From Thermoplasmatota archaeon (GTDB taxonomy: Archaea > Thermoplasmatota > Thermoplasmata > UBA10834), in assembly GCA_040751795.1 (NCBI GenBank), contig JBFMHR010000005.1, forward strand, positions 192,001 to 256,000: 64,000 nucleotides of DNA. The letters are read 5' to 3'. The notes under the pieces are model-generated. The model saw only the letters and a program-made list of their open reading frames with translations. It made no database searches and was not told where the DNA came from. This document shows positions 29,040 to 36,862 of the stretch, piece by piece. Each line of letters starts with the position of its first letter. The first letter of the stretch is position 1. Both the position numbers and the translations under genes were made by a program.

Positions 29040-31069
29040 TGATCCGCCGCAGGGCGATGGTCGTGATCGCCCTGTCCGTGACCATCTTCACGGCGACGAC
29101 CTCGGTGCTGGCCGGCCTGTACAACGCCCCCGCCGCCTTCGCGGCAGGCGAGGGGTATGTCATCGCGTCGGTCGAGGCGCCGACCATCTTCTCGAGCAAG
29201 GTGGACATGGAGATGGCCTTCGCCCTCGAGCAGATGGAGCAGGTCACGGGCGTCAGCCCGGAGGTGTTCGCCTTCTCCTCCTGGGGCGGGGAGTCGTTCG
29301 TGGTCAGGGGCGTGGACTTCGACAGGCTCGCGTCCGTCGGGCCGGTGCTGGACACCGAGATGGCCGGGGACGCCGGGTCCGTCGGGCACGGCCTCCTCGG
29401 CGAGAGGCTCGCGGGGAGGCTCGGCCTGTCCCTCCCCTGCACCGTCCCACTGGCCGGGAGCTACTCGACGAGGATAGAGGTCGTCCCGGTCGTCGGCACG
29501 TTCTCATCGGGCTCGTCCCTGGACGACGAGATGCTCGTGGACGTGGACATCGCGCGCCGCCTCTCGGGCATGCATCCCGGCGAGGCCTCGGTGATCCGCG
29601 TGGCGACCTCGGAGCCCGAGTGGCTCGATTCGCTCCTCACCCCCTCGTCCGCGAGGTTCACCCTGTTCAACATGTCCATCTCCAAGTCGAGGGTGGGCCC
29701 GGACGAGGAGTGCACCATAGGCGTCACGGCGCTGAACTGGGGCGGCTCGAACAGCTCTGCGACGGTGACTTTCGCGGACGACGGGGCCGATTTTGACCAG
29801 ATCCACATAGACCTCGACGCCTCCAGCATGGCGGACGTCCAGGCCGTCTTCGCGAGCGCCTCGGTCGGGGGGCACAACATCACCATCAGCATCGGGGGCG
29901 ATTCCCCTGTGACCATGTGGACGGAGGTGGAGGTCGTCGGTCCGTACCTCGTATCGTCCTTCGGATCCTCGCTTCTCATGGGCTCTCCCCTGGTCGTGCG
30001 CGTGGCGACCTACCAGGGCGCCCCGGCCCCCGGGGTCCAGGTCACGCTGGCCGATTCGGTCCCATCGTCGAACACCACGGACGCGACCGGCGCGTGCACC
30101 ATCCTGGCGGACGAGGCCGGGACGTTCCAGGTCACCTTCGACACGGACGGGACGGCGTTCGCGGGCATGGACTTCCAGGGCCCCGACGAAGTCGAGGTCC
30201 TCGATCCCGCGTCCTTCTCGCCGGAGTTCCTGCCGGAGGTCACATCGCTGTCGATCTCGCCGAGCTCGGTCAAGGAGGGGGAGTCCGCTGTCGCGATGGT
30301 CACGGTCGAGAACGCCGGCCTGGTCGCCGGGACGGCGACGGTCCTGCTGGCCGTGGACTCGGTCCCCTACGCCACGGTCGAGGTCCCCCTCGGCTCCGCT
30401 GGCCGTGCGGCCAAGTCCATCCCCCTAGGATCCCTTTCGCCCGGTTCCTACGTGGTCCAGGCGGGGGACCTGACGGCGGTCCTGGAGGTGAAGCCCTGGT
30501 ACTCCGAGGACCCCGACTTCATCGAGCTCGTCGTGAGGTACGGCGACTCCATCTCGGTGTCGTCGTCCGGGTCCGTCCTCGTCTACCAGGCTGCGAAGAT
30601 CTCCGAGGGGAACGTCTCGCTGGCCCTCACCTCGCTGGGCGTGGTGGCGGCGCTCCTGGCGACGCTGGCCATAGTGTCCGCCTTCTCCAAGGAGCTCCAC
30701 GACGGCAGGAAGAAGCTCGGCATAATGAGGGCGCTCGGCGCGTCCAGGGAGAAGGTCCGCGCGATGGCCTTCAGGCAGGCGCTCGTCGCCTCGCTCGCGG
30801 GCTCCGCGGCCGGCGTCGGCGCGGGGATGCTGGTCTCGATGTGGCTCGTGAGCTCCGGGGCCTTCTCGGTCGTTGGGCACGTCCTCGAGTTCGGCGTGGA
30901 CCTGGGCCTGGTGGTCCTCACGCTGGCGGGGGTCGTGGCGATAAGCCTCGTGAGCGCGGTCGCGTCGGCCGAGTTCGCGGTCCGCGAGAGCGCCATGTCG
31001 TCGATAAGGGACCTCCCCGAGGAGGAGGCCCCGGAGCAGGACCCGGACCTTCCGCCCGAAGGGCCCTGA
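29039..31069 (+). CDS. FtsX/MacB-like ABC permease with CARDB/Ig-like extracellular insertions
   Basis: TGATG coupling to the upstream gene; VRGVDF periplasmic core; V.V.N.G...GT..V.L.VD CARDB-like units; LGIMRALGAS. Confidence 0.8.
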   Translation: MIRRRAMVVIALSVTIFTATTSVLAGLYNAPAAFAAGEGYVIASVEAPTIFSSKVDMEMAFALEQMEQVTGVSPEVFAFSSWGGESFVVRGVDFDRLASVGPVLDTEMAGDAGSVGHGLLGERLAGRLGLSLPCTVPLAGSYSTRIEVVPVVGTFSSGSSLDDEMLVDVDIARRLSGMHPGEASVIRVATSEPEWLDSLLTPSSARFTLFNMSISKSRVGPDEECTIGVTALNWGGSNSSATVTFADDGADFDQIHIDLDASSMADVQAVFASASVGGHNITISIGGDSPVTMWTEVEVVGPYLVSSFGSSLLMGSPLVVRVATYQGAPAPGVQVTLADSVPSSNTTDATGACTILADEAGTFQVTFDTDGTAFAGMDFQGPDEVEVLDPASFSPEFLPEVTSLSISPSSVKEGESAVAMVTVENAGLVAGTATVLLAVDSVPYATVEVPLGSAGRAAKSIPLGSLSPGSYVVQAGDLTAVLEVKPWYSEDPDFIELVVRYGDSISVSSSGSVLVYQAAKISEGNVSLALTSLGVVAALLATLAIVSAFSKELHDGRKKLGIMRALGASREKVRAMAFRQALVASLAGSAAGVGAGMLVSMWLVSSGAFSVVGHVLEFGVDLGLVVLTLAGVVAISLVSAVASAEFAVRESAMSSIRDLPEEEAPEQDPDLPPEGP

Positions 31070-31072
31070 GCC

Positions 31073-31942
31073 TCACTCGACGACGCTGAGCCAGACATGG
31101 AGGTTGCCGTAGAGGTACTGCGCCTGCCCCTCCTCGCGGATGTAGAGGTCGAAGTCGAACCTCCAGACCCCGGGCTGGTCCAGCGCGAAGGTGACGTTGA
31201 CGAACCGTGTGTCGCCCTCGTCCATGGAGAAGTTGTACCACCTGGTGCCCCAGTGCGTGTCGTTCCAGCAGTATGCGGCCATTGAGAAGTCCCTGGGCCC
31301 GTCCTCGCCGTTGTGCATCTCGACCGTCAGGGTGATGTTGGACCCGAGGGCGCGGGTGCTGTTGATCTTCGCGCTCCCGTCCTCGGTCATGGCGAAGTAG
31401 GTCCTGGACGGGTACTCCGCCGTGATGATGAGCGCCAGGCACACGCCCGAGACCACGAGCGCGGTGCCGACCATCGCGGCGACGACCTTGTCGAACTTGA
31501 AGGGCTCGATCTCCTCGTCCCTGGCCGCGGCCTTCCCCTTCTCCACCGGCTCCGGCTTCGCCGTCCGCGCCTTGAGCGTCTCCACGGCGACCGCCGCGAG
31601 GGAGAACACTATGAGCGACGCCCTCGTCGTGTTGGAGTCCAGGCCGATGGGGGTGAGCACGAGGAACAGGCCCAGGAATATGATGACCAGGATGCTTATG
31701 CCGAGGCTAAGGACGAACCTCGCCTCGAGGCCGGTGCCCTTCCAGAAGAAGAGCCTGACGACCGCGAATCCGGGCACGAAGAACATGTAGGGGAGCCCGA
31801 GGGCGAACGCCGCGGCGGTACCTGGCAGCGCCACGAGCACCGCTGTCGCGACCACGGAGAAGAGGGCTATCGCGAGCCTCTGGCCGTCGTCGGTCTCGAG
31901 GAACCCGATGGTCCTTCCGAGCGCGTCCGATCCGTCTCCCAA
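31073..31942 (-). CDS. DUF1616-family archaeal membrane protein
   Basis: GLP.MFFVPGFA...L.ARFVLSLGISI......L.LTP.G; C-terminal beta domain ending Y.NLHVW.SV. Confidence 0.75.
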   Translation of the reverse strand: MGDGSDALGRTIGFLETDDGQRLAIALFSVVATAVLVALPGTAAAFALGLPYMFFVPGFAVVRLFFWKGTGLEARFVLSLGISILVIIFLGLFLVLTPIGLDSNTTRASLIVFSLAAVAVETLKARTAKPEPVEKGKAAARDEEIEPFKFDKVVAAMVGTALVVSGVCLALIITAEYPSRTYFAMTEDGSAKINSTRALGSNITLTVEMHNGEDGPRDFSMAAYCWNDTHWGTRWYNFSMDEGDTRFVNVTFALDQPGVWRFDFDLYIREEGQAQYLYGNLHVWLSVVE

Positions 31943-32132
31943 GTGTGCTCAGACCTCGGCCTGCTGAAACGTGTAGGCCCATATATCTGTTTGCGGTGGT
32001 GCGCCAGTATGCGCGCTGCCCCGCGCCCCGCCGGCGCGCCCGGCCAGGCCAGTCGCATGTTGTGGGAACCTATATAAACGGCTATTCCAATAGTTGCCGA
32101 CACTTGTATTACCCCCGGAGAGGTGGCTCAGT

Positions 32133-32942
32133 TTGGCTAACGAGGTCGAGAAGGTCGCTTGCCCTGTCTGTGGCAAGATCGTCGGAGTGAACGTCTCATC
32201 GTGCCCGTACTGCGGCGCCGAGTTCGAAGCGGACGAGGAGGTGGAGGTGACGGGCAAGGCCGGATCGCCCGCCAACGCCGTCACCAGCGAGGAGGCCGAG
32301 GAGGTGGCCTGCCCGGTGTGCGGCACGCTCGTCGGGCTCGACGTCATCGTCTGCCCCAAGTGCGGCGCCGAGTTCGAGGCGGAGGAGATCGAGGAGGTCA
32401 TAGAGGTCGAGGAGAAGGCCACCTTCGAGGAGGAGCCCGAGCCCGCCCCGGCGAAGCCGAAGCGCGCGGAGTCTTCCAAGCCGAAGCCGAAGGCCAAGCC
32501 GGCCAGGGAGGAGCCCTCGGAGGGGTCGCCCGCCAGCATCCTGGACCTCAGGGTGCTCGGCCTCGCGCTCATCATGCTCGGAGTCGTCGGGACGCAGATC
32601 GCGCTCTTCGCGGACTGGTACTGGGAGTGGGTCCCGGCCATCGAGGACAACATGGTCCTCTTCGTCGTCATCCCCGTCGTGATCCTCGTCGTTGGGCTGG
32701 CCGTGTTCATGGTGATGAAGAAGGCCGCGTCGGGAGGCAGGGACGTCTCGGGGATGGCCCCGGGGGCAGCCCTGGCCCTGTTCATGTTCGGCATCATCGC
32801 GCTGATCATAGTCGTCCTCTGGGACCCGGTCAACGCGGCGCTGAAGGACTCGCCCGCGACGGTCGCGGGCGGCTTCGCGGTCGCGCTCGTGCTCGGGATC
32901 GTGTTCATGGTCCTGGGGGCGAGGCGCGCGGCGTCCGCCTGA
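32133..32942 (+). CDS. Membrane protein with two N-terminal zinc ribbons, a charged linker and 4 TMs
   Basis: CPVCG...CPYCGAEFE and CPVCG...CPKCGAEFE; TTG start after GAGGTG. Confidence 0.8.
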   Translation: MANEVEKVACPVCGKIVGVNVSSCPYCGAEFEADEEVEVTGKAGSPANAVTSEEAEEVACPVCGTLVGLDVIVCPKCGAEFEAEEIEEVIEVEEKATFEEEPEPAPAKPKRAESSKPKPKAKPAREEPSEGSPASILDLRVLGLALIMLGVVGTQIALFADWYWEWVPAIEDNMVLFVVIPVVILVVGLAVFMVMKKAASGGRDVSGMAPGAALALFMFGIIALIIVVLWDPVNAALKDSPATVAGGFAVALVLGIVFMVLGARRAASA

Positions 32943-33081
32943 TGCCGCGGGCCCGGACAAACCCTCAAAACCCTTCAGGCGCGTCTTCCCGACAGGCAGC
33001 CGATACGAAATTCGTACTCCGACGTCCGAGTCCGCAATGTTTGATATACGATGGCGCCGTTGGAGGTTGGACACGGACGCG

Positions 33082-33223
33082 TGGCAGGCCTCGATTGGTG
33101 TGGTGGGGTTGGTGCCAAGGCGGTGTCGGGTGGGCGTGATGGGCGCCCCTCGGTGCATTTTTCAGCGGCTCGGGGGGCGGCGGCCGCTTCCGGGGGCACG
33201 CGAGCTCGGTCCGGGGCCTGCCA
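33082..33223 (+). ncRNA. Candidate structured non-coding RNA
   Basis: Closing stem TGGCAGGCCTCG/CGGGGCCTGCCA; inner GTGCC/GGCAC; hairpins GGGCGT/GCGCCC and AGCGGC/GCCGCT; many G-U pairs; TATA-like TTTGATATA at ~33040. Confidence 0.35.
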
Positions 33224-33374
33224 GTGCTCATGTATTCCGGTGACCAAATAATTATGTACCATTATGTCCATATGTGTGGTGCCGAGCGGAAGGGATGGAC
33301 CAGCCGGCGCCCGAGGGCGTCCCCGCACGTGTCTCTCCCCGAAGCGAGAGCTGGATGAATGGAGTGTGTGACCA

Positions 33375-33908
33375 ATGGAGAAGAAGATACTCACGATAAT
33401 GGTGGCGCTGATAGTTGTCGCCGCCATCGTGGTCGCGTTCGTCATGATCGCGGCCGGAGGCATGAAGACGGCCGGGGGCTTCACGAGCCTCTTCAACGAG
33501 CTCGAGAACCCTAACCCCAGCGTGACCTATGGCGAGTACCTGGAGTTCCCCGACGACTGGGAGGCGCTAGACATCGTCACCGTCAGCGACACCATAGTCG
33601 ACATGGACCCGAGGGGCGAGGAGCTCATCGGGGGCGTGACCGTCTACACGGTCAGGCTGTACTTCGTCTACATCGACGACAAGTGGTCGGACCCCGACGA
33701 GGGCTCGCTGTTCTACGTGCCCACCACGGAGCACAGCAGCGGCTACTTCACGGTGAACCACGGGCTGTTCTGGCTGGACGTGTCGTCCCCCGAGAACATC
33801 GCGGCGCAGTACGACATAGGCGACGTCATAGAGCTCAAGACGGCCCTGGATGCCAACGAGGACAACAGCAACACCCTGTCCTTCAGCAGTTGGCTCCTCG
33901 CGGACTAG
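33375..33908 (+). CDS. Hypothetical N-terminally anchored extracellular protein
   Basis: MEKK plus hydrophobic helix; acidic beta-rich body; genome-like codon usage. Confidence 0.75.
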   Translation: MEKKILTIMVALIVVAAIVVAFVMIAAGGMKTAGGFTSLFNELENPNPSVTYGEYLEFPDDWEALDIVTVSDTIVDMDPRGEELIGGVTVYTVRLYFVYIDDKWSDPDEGSLFYVPTTEHSSGYFTVNHGLFWLDVSSPENIAAQYDIGDVIELKTALDANEDNSNTLSFSSWLLAD

Positions 33909-34031
33909 GCGGCCGGACGTGCCCCGCCCCCCCCTTCAAACCTCTTCCCCCTGTTCTCACCGCACCGACGGCCGCGAGGCCGGCCGTATTTCAAGCTACT
34001 GACCCCCCTCCCCGGAGGCCGAGGCCAGCAG

Positions 34032-34049
34032 GCGAAAGGGTATTATAAG
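34032..34049 (+). promoter_or_regulatory. Archaeal BRE-TATA promoter of the NG-repeat/TPR gene pair
   Basis: GCGAAAGGG-TATTATAAG. Confidence 0.65.
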
Positions 34050-34213
34050 CAGCTAAGCACTCTTCACCTCCGAGAGCAACCGCTAAGATGCCATGGGCTT
34101 AGCGTCGCTATATCGGGCTGACTGAACGAGAGTGCTTTTGGGGGAGTGAGGGAGTAGCGGCCCGCATGTAGGCACGCCTATCCCCCTCGTGCATCCGGTA
34201 AGGAGCAGGAGCG

Positions 34214-36862
34214 ATGGGCTCAAGCCGCCGCCAGGGCAAGGCGCAACCCCCCGCGCCCCCAGGTTCAAGGGGACTCACCAATGGCAATGCTCTTGCCGGC
34301 CCGCCGCGCGTGAGGGTCAAGGCCGTCCCGAACGGCCGCGTGAACGGCCTCACGAACGGGCGGAAGGACGGGATCACGAACGGCACCAGGCCCGCCGTCG
34401 CCAATGGCGCGCAGCGCCCGCGCAGCAGCGGGAGGACCAACGGGCTCGTCAACGGCCTCGCCCGGGGCCTCACCAACGGCCGCACGAACGGCCTGACGAA
34501 CGGGGTCCCCCAGGGGCAGAGCGCCCCGGGCCGCTCCCCCAGGCGCAGCGGCCGCATCAACGGCCTGGTCAACGGCCTCACCAACGGACTGACGAACGGC
34601 CTCACGAACGGGTTGACCAACGGCCTCACCAACGGGATGACCAACGGCCGCGTCAACGGCAAGGGGGCCGTGAACGGCTTCAGGTTGTCCACGAGGTCCA
34701 GGCGGGTAGCCGACCGCCCCACGGGGGTCCGGAGGAAGATGCTCCTCTTCGCCGCCGTGGTCGCCATCATCCTCTTCATACCCTACGCGCTGGTCCACAC
34801 CTTCCCCCCCGACGAGGTCGAGGTCGACGGGTATTTCATGGACTGGACGGAGGCGACGGTCTACGAGGACACCCCGGACTCGGAGAACCCCGACGTGTCG
34901 CTCACGGCGTACGCCATGAAGGCGAGCCCGCGCGCGTCCTACTTCTACATGGCCACCGAGGGCTCCATGATGAACGGCGCAGACGGGGGCGCCGACGGCT
35001 TCTACATATTCGTCGACCGCGACGGGGACACCGGCACTGGCTACCTGGTGAGGGGCCTCGGCGCGGACCACATGATCGCCGTCATCGGCTGGAACGGCTC
35101 AGCCGAGCTGGCGGCAAGCTACGTCTTCACCCAGACCGCGGAGCAGGACGACTACGGAGGGTTCAGGCAGTCATCGGACCCCATGGTTGCGTTCCGGGAC
35201 GGAGAGATGGAGATCGGCACGGGCCTCATAACCGGCCCGGCCACCGAGGTCGCCATCGTCGCCCGCCACACGGACGTACCCGATGACTGGTCAGAGGTGA
35301 ACTTTGCGTGCTCCGGCCCCGCGGTCCGGGTTTCTCAACACTATGAGGCCCCCGAGGTGACGGCCGGGCTCACGGACGAGCTCATGCTGAGCATCGACTT
35401 CTCGGCCAAGGGCTCCGCCGTTGACCTCGAGGGCCTCAACCTAAACCTCTTGGGGACCGCCACGGCCACGGACGTGAAGGCCGTGCGCGGTTCAGAGCTC
35501 CTCGGGACCAGCCACGACGGGATGGTGAACTTCTTCCGCCCCGTCCGGCTGGTCCCGGGCGCGCTCGTCAGGGTCTCCGTGCTCGCGTCCTTCGAAGAGG
35601 GCACGGAGGGGCGGTCGTTCGGGCTGAGCCTCGACGAGGACGGCGGCCCGGTGTTCGCTGAGAACACCACCTTCTCCCTGACCTCCTACCAGGAGGGGGC
35701 CAGGATGACGTACGTCTCCGGCCGGCCAGCCGCCATAGCGATCGACGGCGCGTTCGCGGACTGGGACTACACGGTCCCGGTCGAGGACGGGCTGGGCGAC
35801 GTCGTCCTCGCCGGCACCGGCGTGGTCGACAACGCCGACGTGGACATCACGGAGGTGGCGTCATGGGCCGCCGAGTCCAGCGCCTATTTCTACATGTCCG
35901 TCGACGGGCGGATGCTCGGCGGAACGAACCTCCCCGGTTCGCTGGCCAGGTGGGCGGACGCCCCGGAGCCGGGCGGATCGATGCCCAACGCGACCGAGGA
36001 GGAGCACATGTTCGGCGCGGACTTCGCATACGTGTTCGTCGACCTGGACGACGACGAGGCCACAGGGTTCTGGATCGGGGGCGCGGAATCCGCGGTCATG
36101 GTCGCGGGCAAGGACGGCCGCCTGCTCCTCGCCAACGCCTACCGCTACACCGACGGCTCGTGGTCCTTGGCCGGGCCGGTCGAGGCCGCCACCGACCGGG
36201 CCAGGATCGAGGTCCGCTCCTCGTTCGAGGACCTCGGGATGGGTTCGGACAGGGCGTACAACGTGACGTTCGTGGCCCAGGACTGGCGCGGCTCGGAGGA
36301 CGGCGTCGTCGCATCCCTCCCGGCGGGCGTGCTGTCGGGGTCGAGGACGTTCGGGGGGATCATCCTGAACGAGCTATACTCGACCAACCCCACGAAAGCG
36401 CTCGACTGGTTCGAGCTGTACAACACCTCCACCGTGTCGATCGACATATCCGGCTGGACGCTGTACGTCGACGGCGTCTTGAAGTTCACCATCCCGGACG
36501 GCACCATCCTGGACTCCGGGGATTTCTATCTCTCACCGTTCCTCAGCTTCCTGAGGGGGACCTCCTACGTCATCTACGACGACTCCGACCCCCCGGTCCT
36601 GATAGACTCGGTGACCGTGCCCACATGGACCGTCAAGTCGTACGGCCGCATCGGGACGCCGGACGACGGCTACGGCACATGGGCGTGGATGACGCCCACT
36701 CCGGGGGAGATCAACATCGGCCAGACGCCGATCCCGGAGTTCGGGGACATACTAGTCCCGCTAGCGATAGTACCATTAGTCCTCTTCGCCATTAGGCGTA
36801 CCCGAGGCGTACGCGGGAAGGAGCGAGGGGATTCAGAAGGGAAGTCCGATGGAAGTACCTGA
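34214..36862 (+). CDS. Surface protein: cytoplasmic (NG-L-T)n repeats, TM, duplicated DOMON/CBM9-like domains, lamin-tail domain and PEF-CTERM sorting signal
   Basis: SD AGGAG; 21 NG dipeptides in the first ~155 aa; RRK then TM; two (I/V)DG.F.DW...YFYM...Y.FVD.D.D..TG domains; IILNEL...DWFELYN...DISGWTL; IPEF-TM-RR. Confidence 0.85.
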   Translation: MGSSRRQGKAQPPAPPGSRGLTNGNALAGPPRVRVKAVPNGRVNGLTNGRKDGITNGTRPAVANGAQRPRSSGRTNGLVNGLARGLTNGRTNGLTNGVPQGQSAPGRSPRRSGRINGLVNGLTNGLTNGLTNGLTNGLTNGMTNGRVNGKGAVNGFRLSTRSRRVADRPTGVRRKMLLFAAVVAIILFIPYALVHTFPPDEVEVDGYFMDWTEATVYEDTPDSENPDVSLTAYAMKASPRASYFYMATEGSMMNGADGGADGFYIFVDRDGDTGTGYLVRGLGADHMIAVIGWNGSAELAASYVFTQTAEQDDYGGFRQSSDPMVAFRDGEMEIGTGLITGPATEVAIVARHTDVPDDWSEVNFACSGPAVRVSQHYEAPEVTAGLTDELMLSIDFSAKGSAVDLEGLNLNLLGTATATDVKAVRGSELLGTSHDGMVNFFRPVRLVPGALVRVSVLASFEEGTEGRSFGLSLDEDGGPVFAENTTFSLTSYQEGARMTYVSGRPAAIAIDGAFADWDYTVPVEDGLGDVVLAGTGVVDNADVDITEVASWAAESSAYFYMSVDGRMLGGTNLPGSLARWADAPEPGGSMPNATEEEHMFGADFAYVFVDLDDDEATGFWIGGAESAVMVAGKDGRLLLANAYRYTDGSWSLAGPVEAATDRARIEVRSSFEDLGMGSDRAYNVTFVAQDWRGSEDGVVASLPAGVLSGSRTFGGIILNELYSTNPTKALDWFELYNTSTVSIDISGWTLYVDGVLKFTIPDGTILDSGDFYLSPFLSFLRGTSYVIYDDSDPPVLIDSVTVPTWTVKSYGRIGTPDDGYGTWAWMTPTPGEINIGQTPIPEFGDILVPLAIVPLVLFAIRRTRGVRGKERGDSEGKSDGST
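34271..34678 (+). repeat. Degenerate 12-bp tandem repeat encoding NG(L/R/M)(T/V)
   Basis: AACGGCCTCACC / AACGGACTGACG / AACGGGTTGACC etc.; synonymous variation between units; longest uninterrupted run ~34559-34660. Confidence 0.9.

Noticed and set aside
34271-34678. 12-bp repeats as a CRISPR array or DNA-level VNTR
   Set aside because: No spacers, the units vary synonymously and stay in frame, and there are no cas genes
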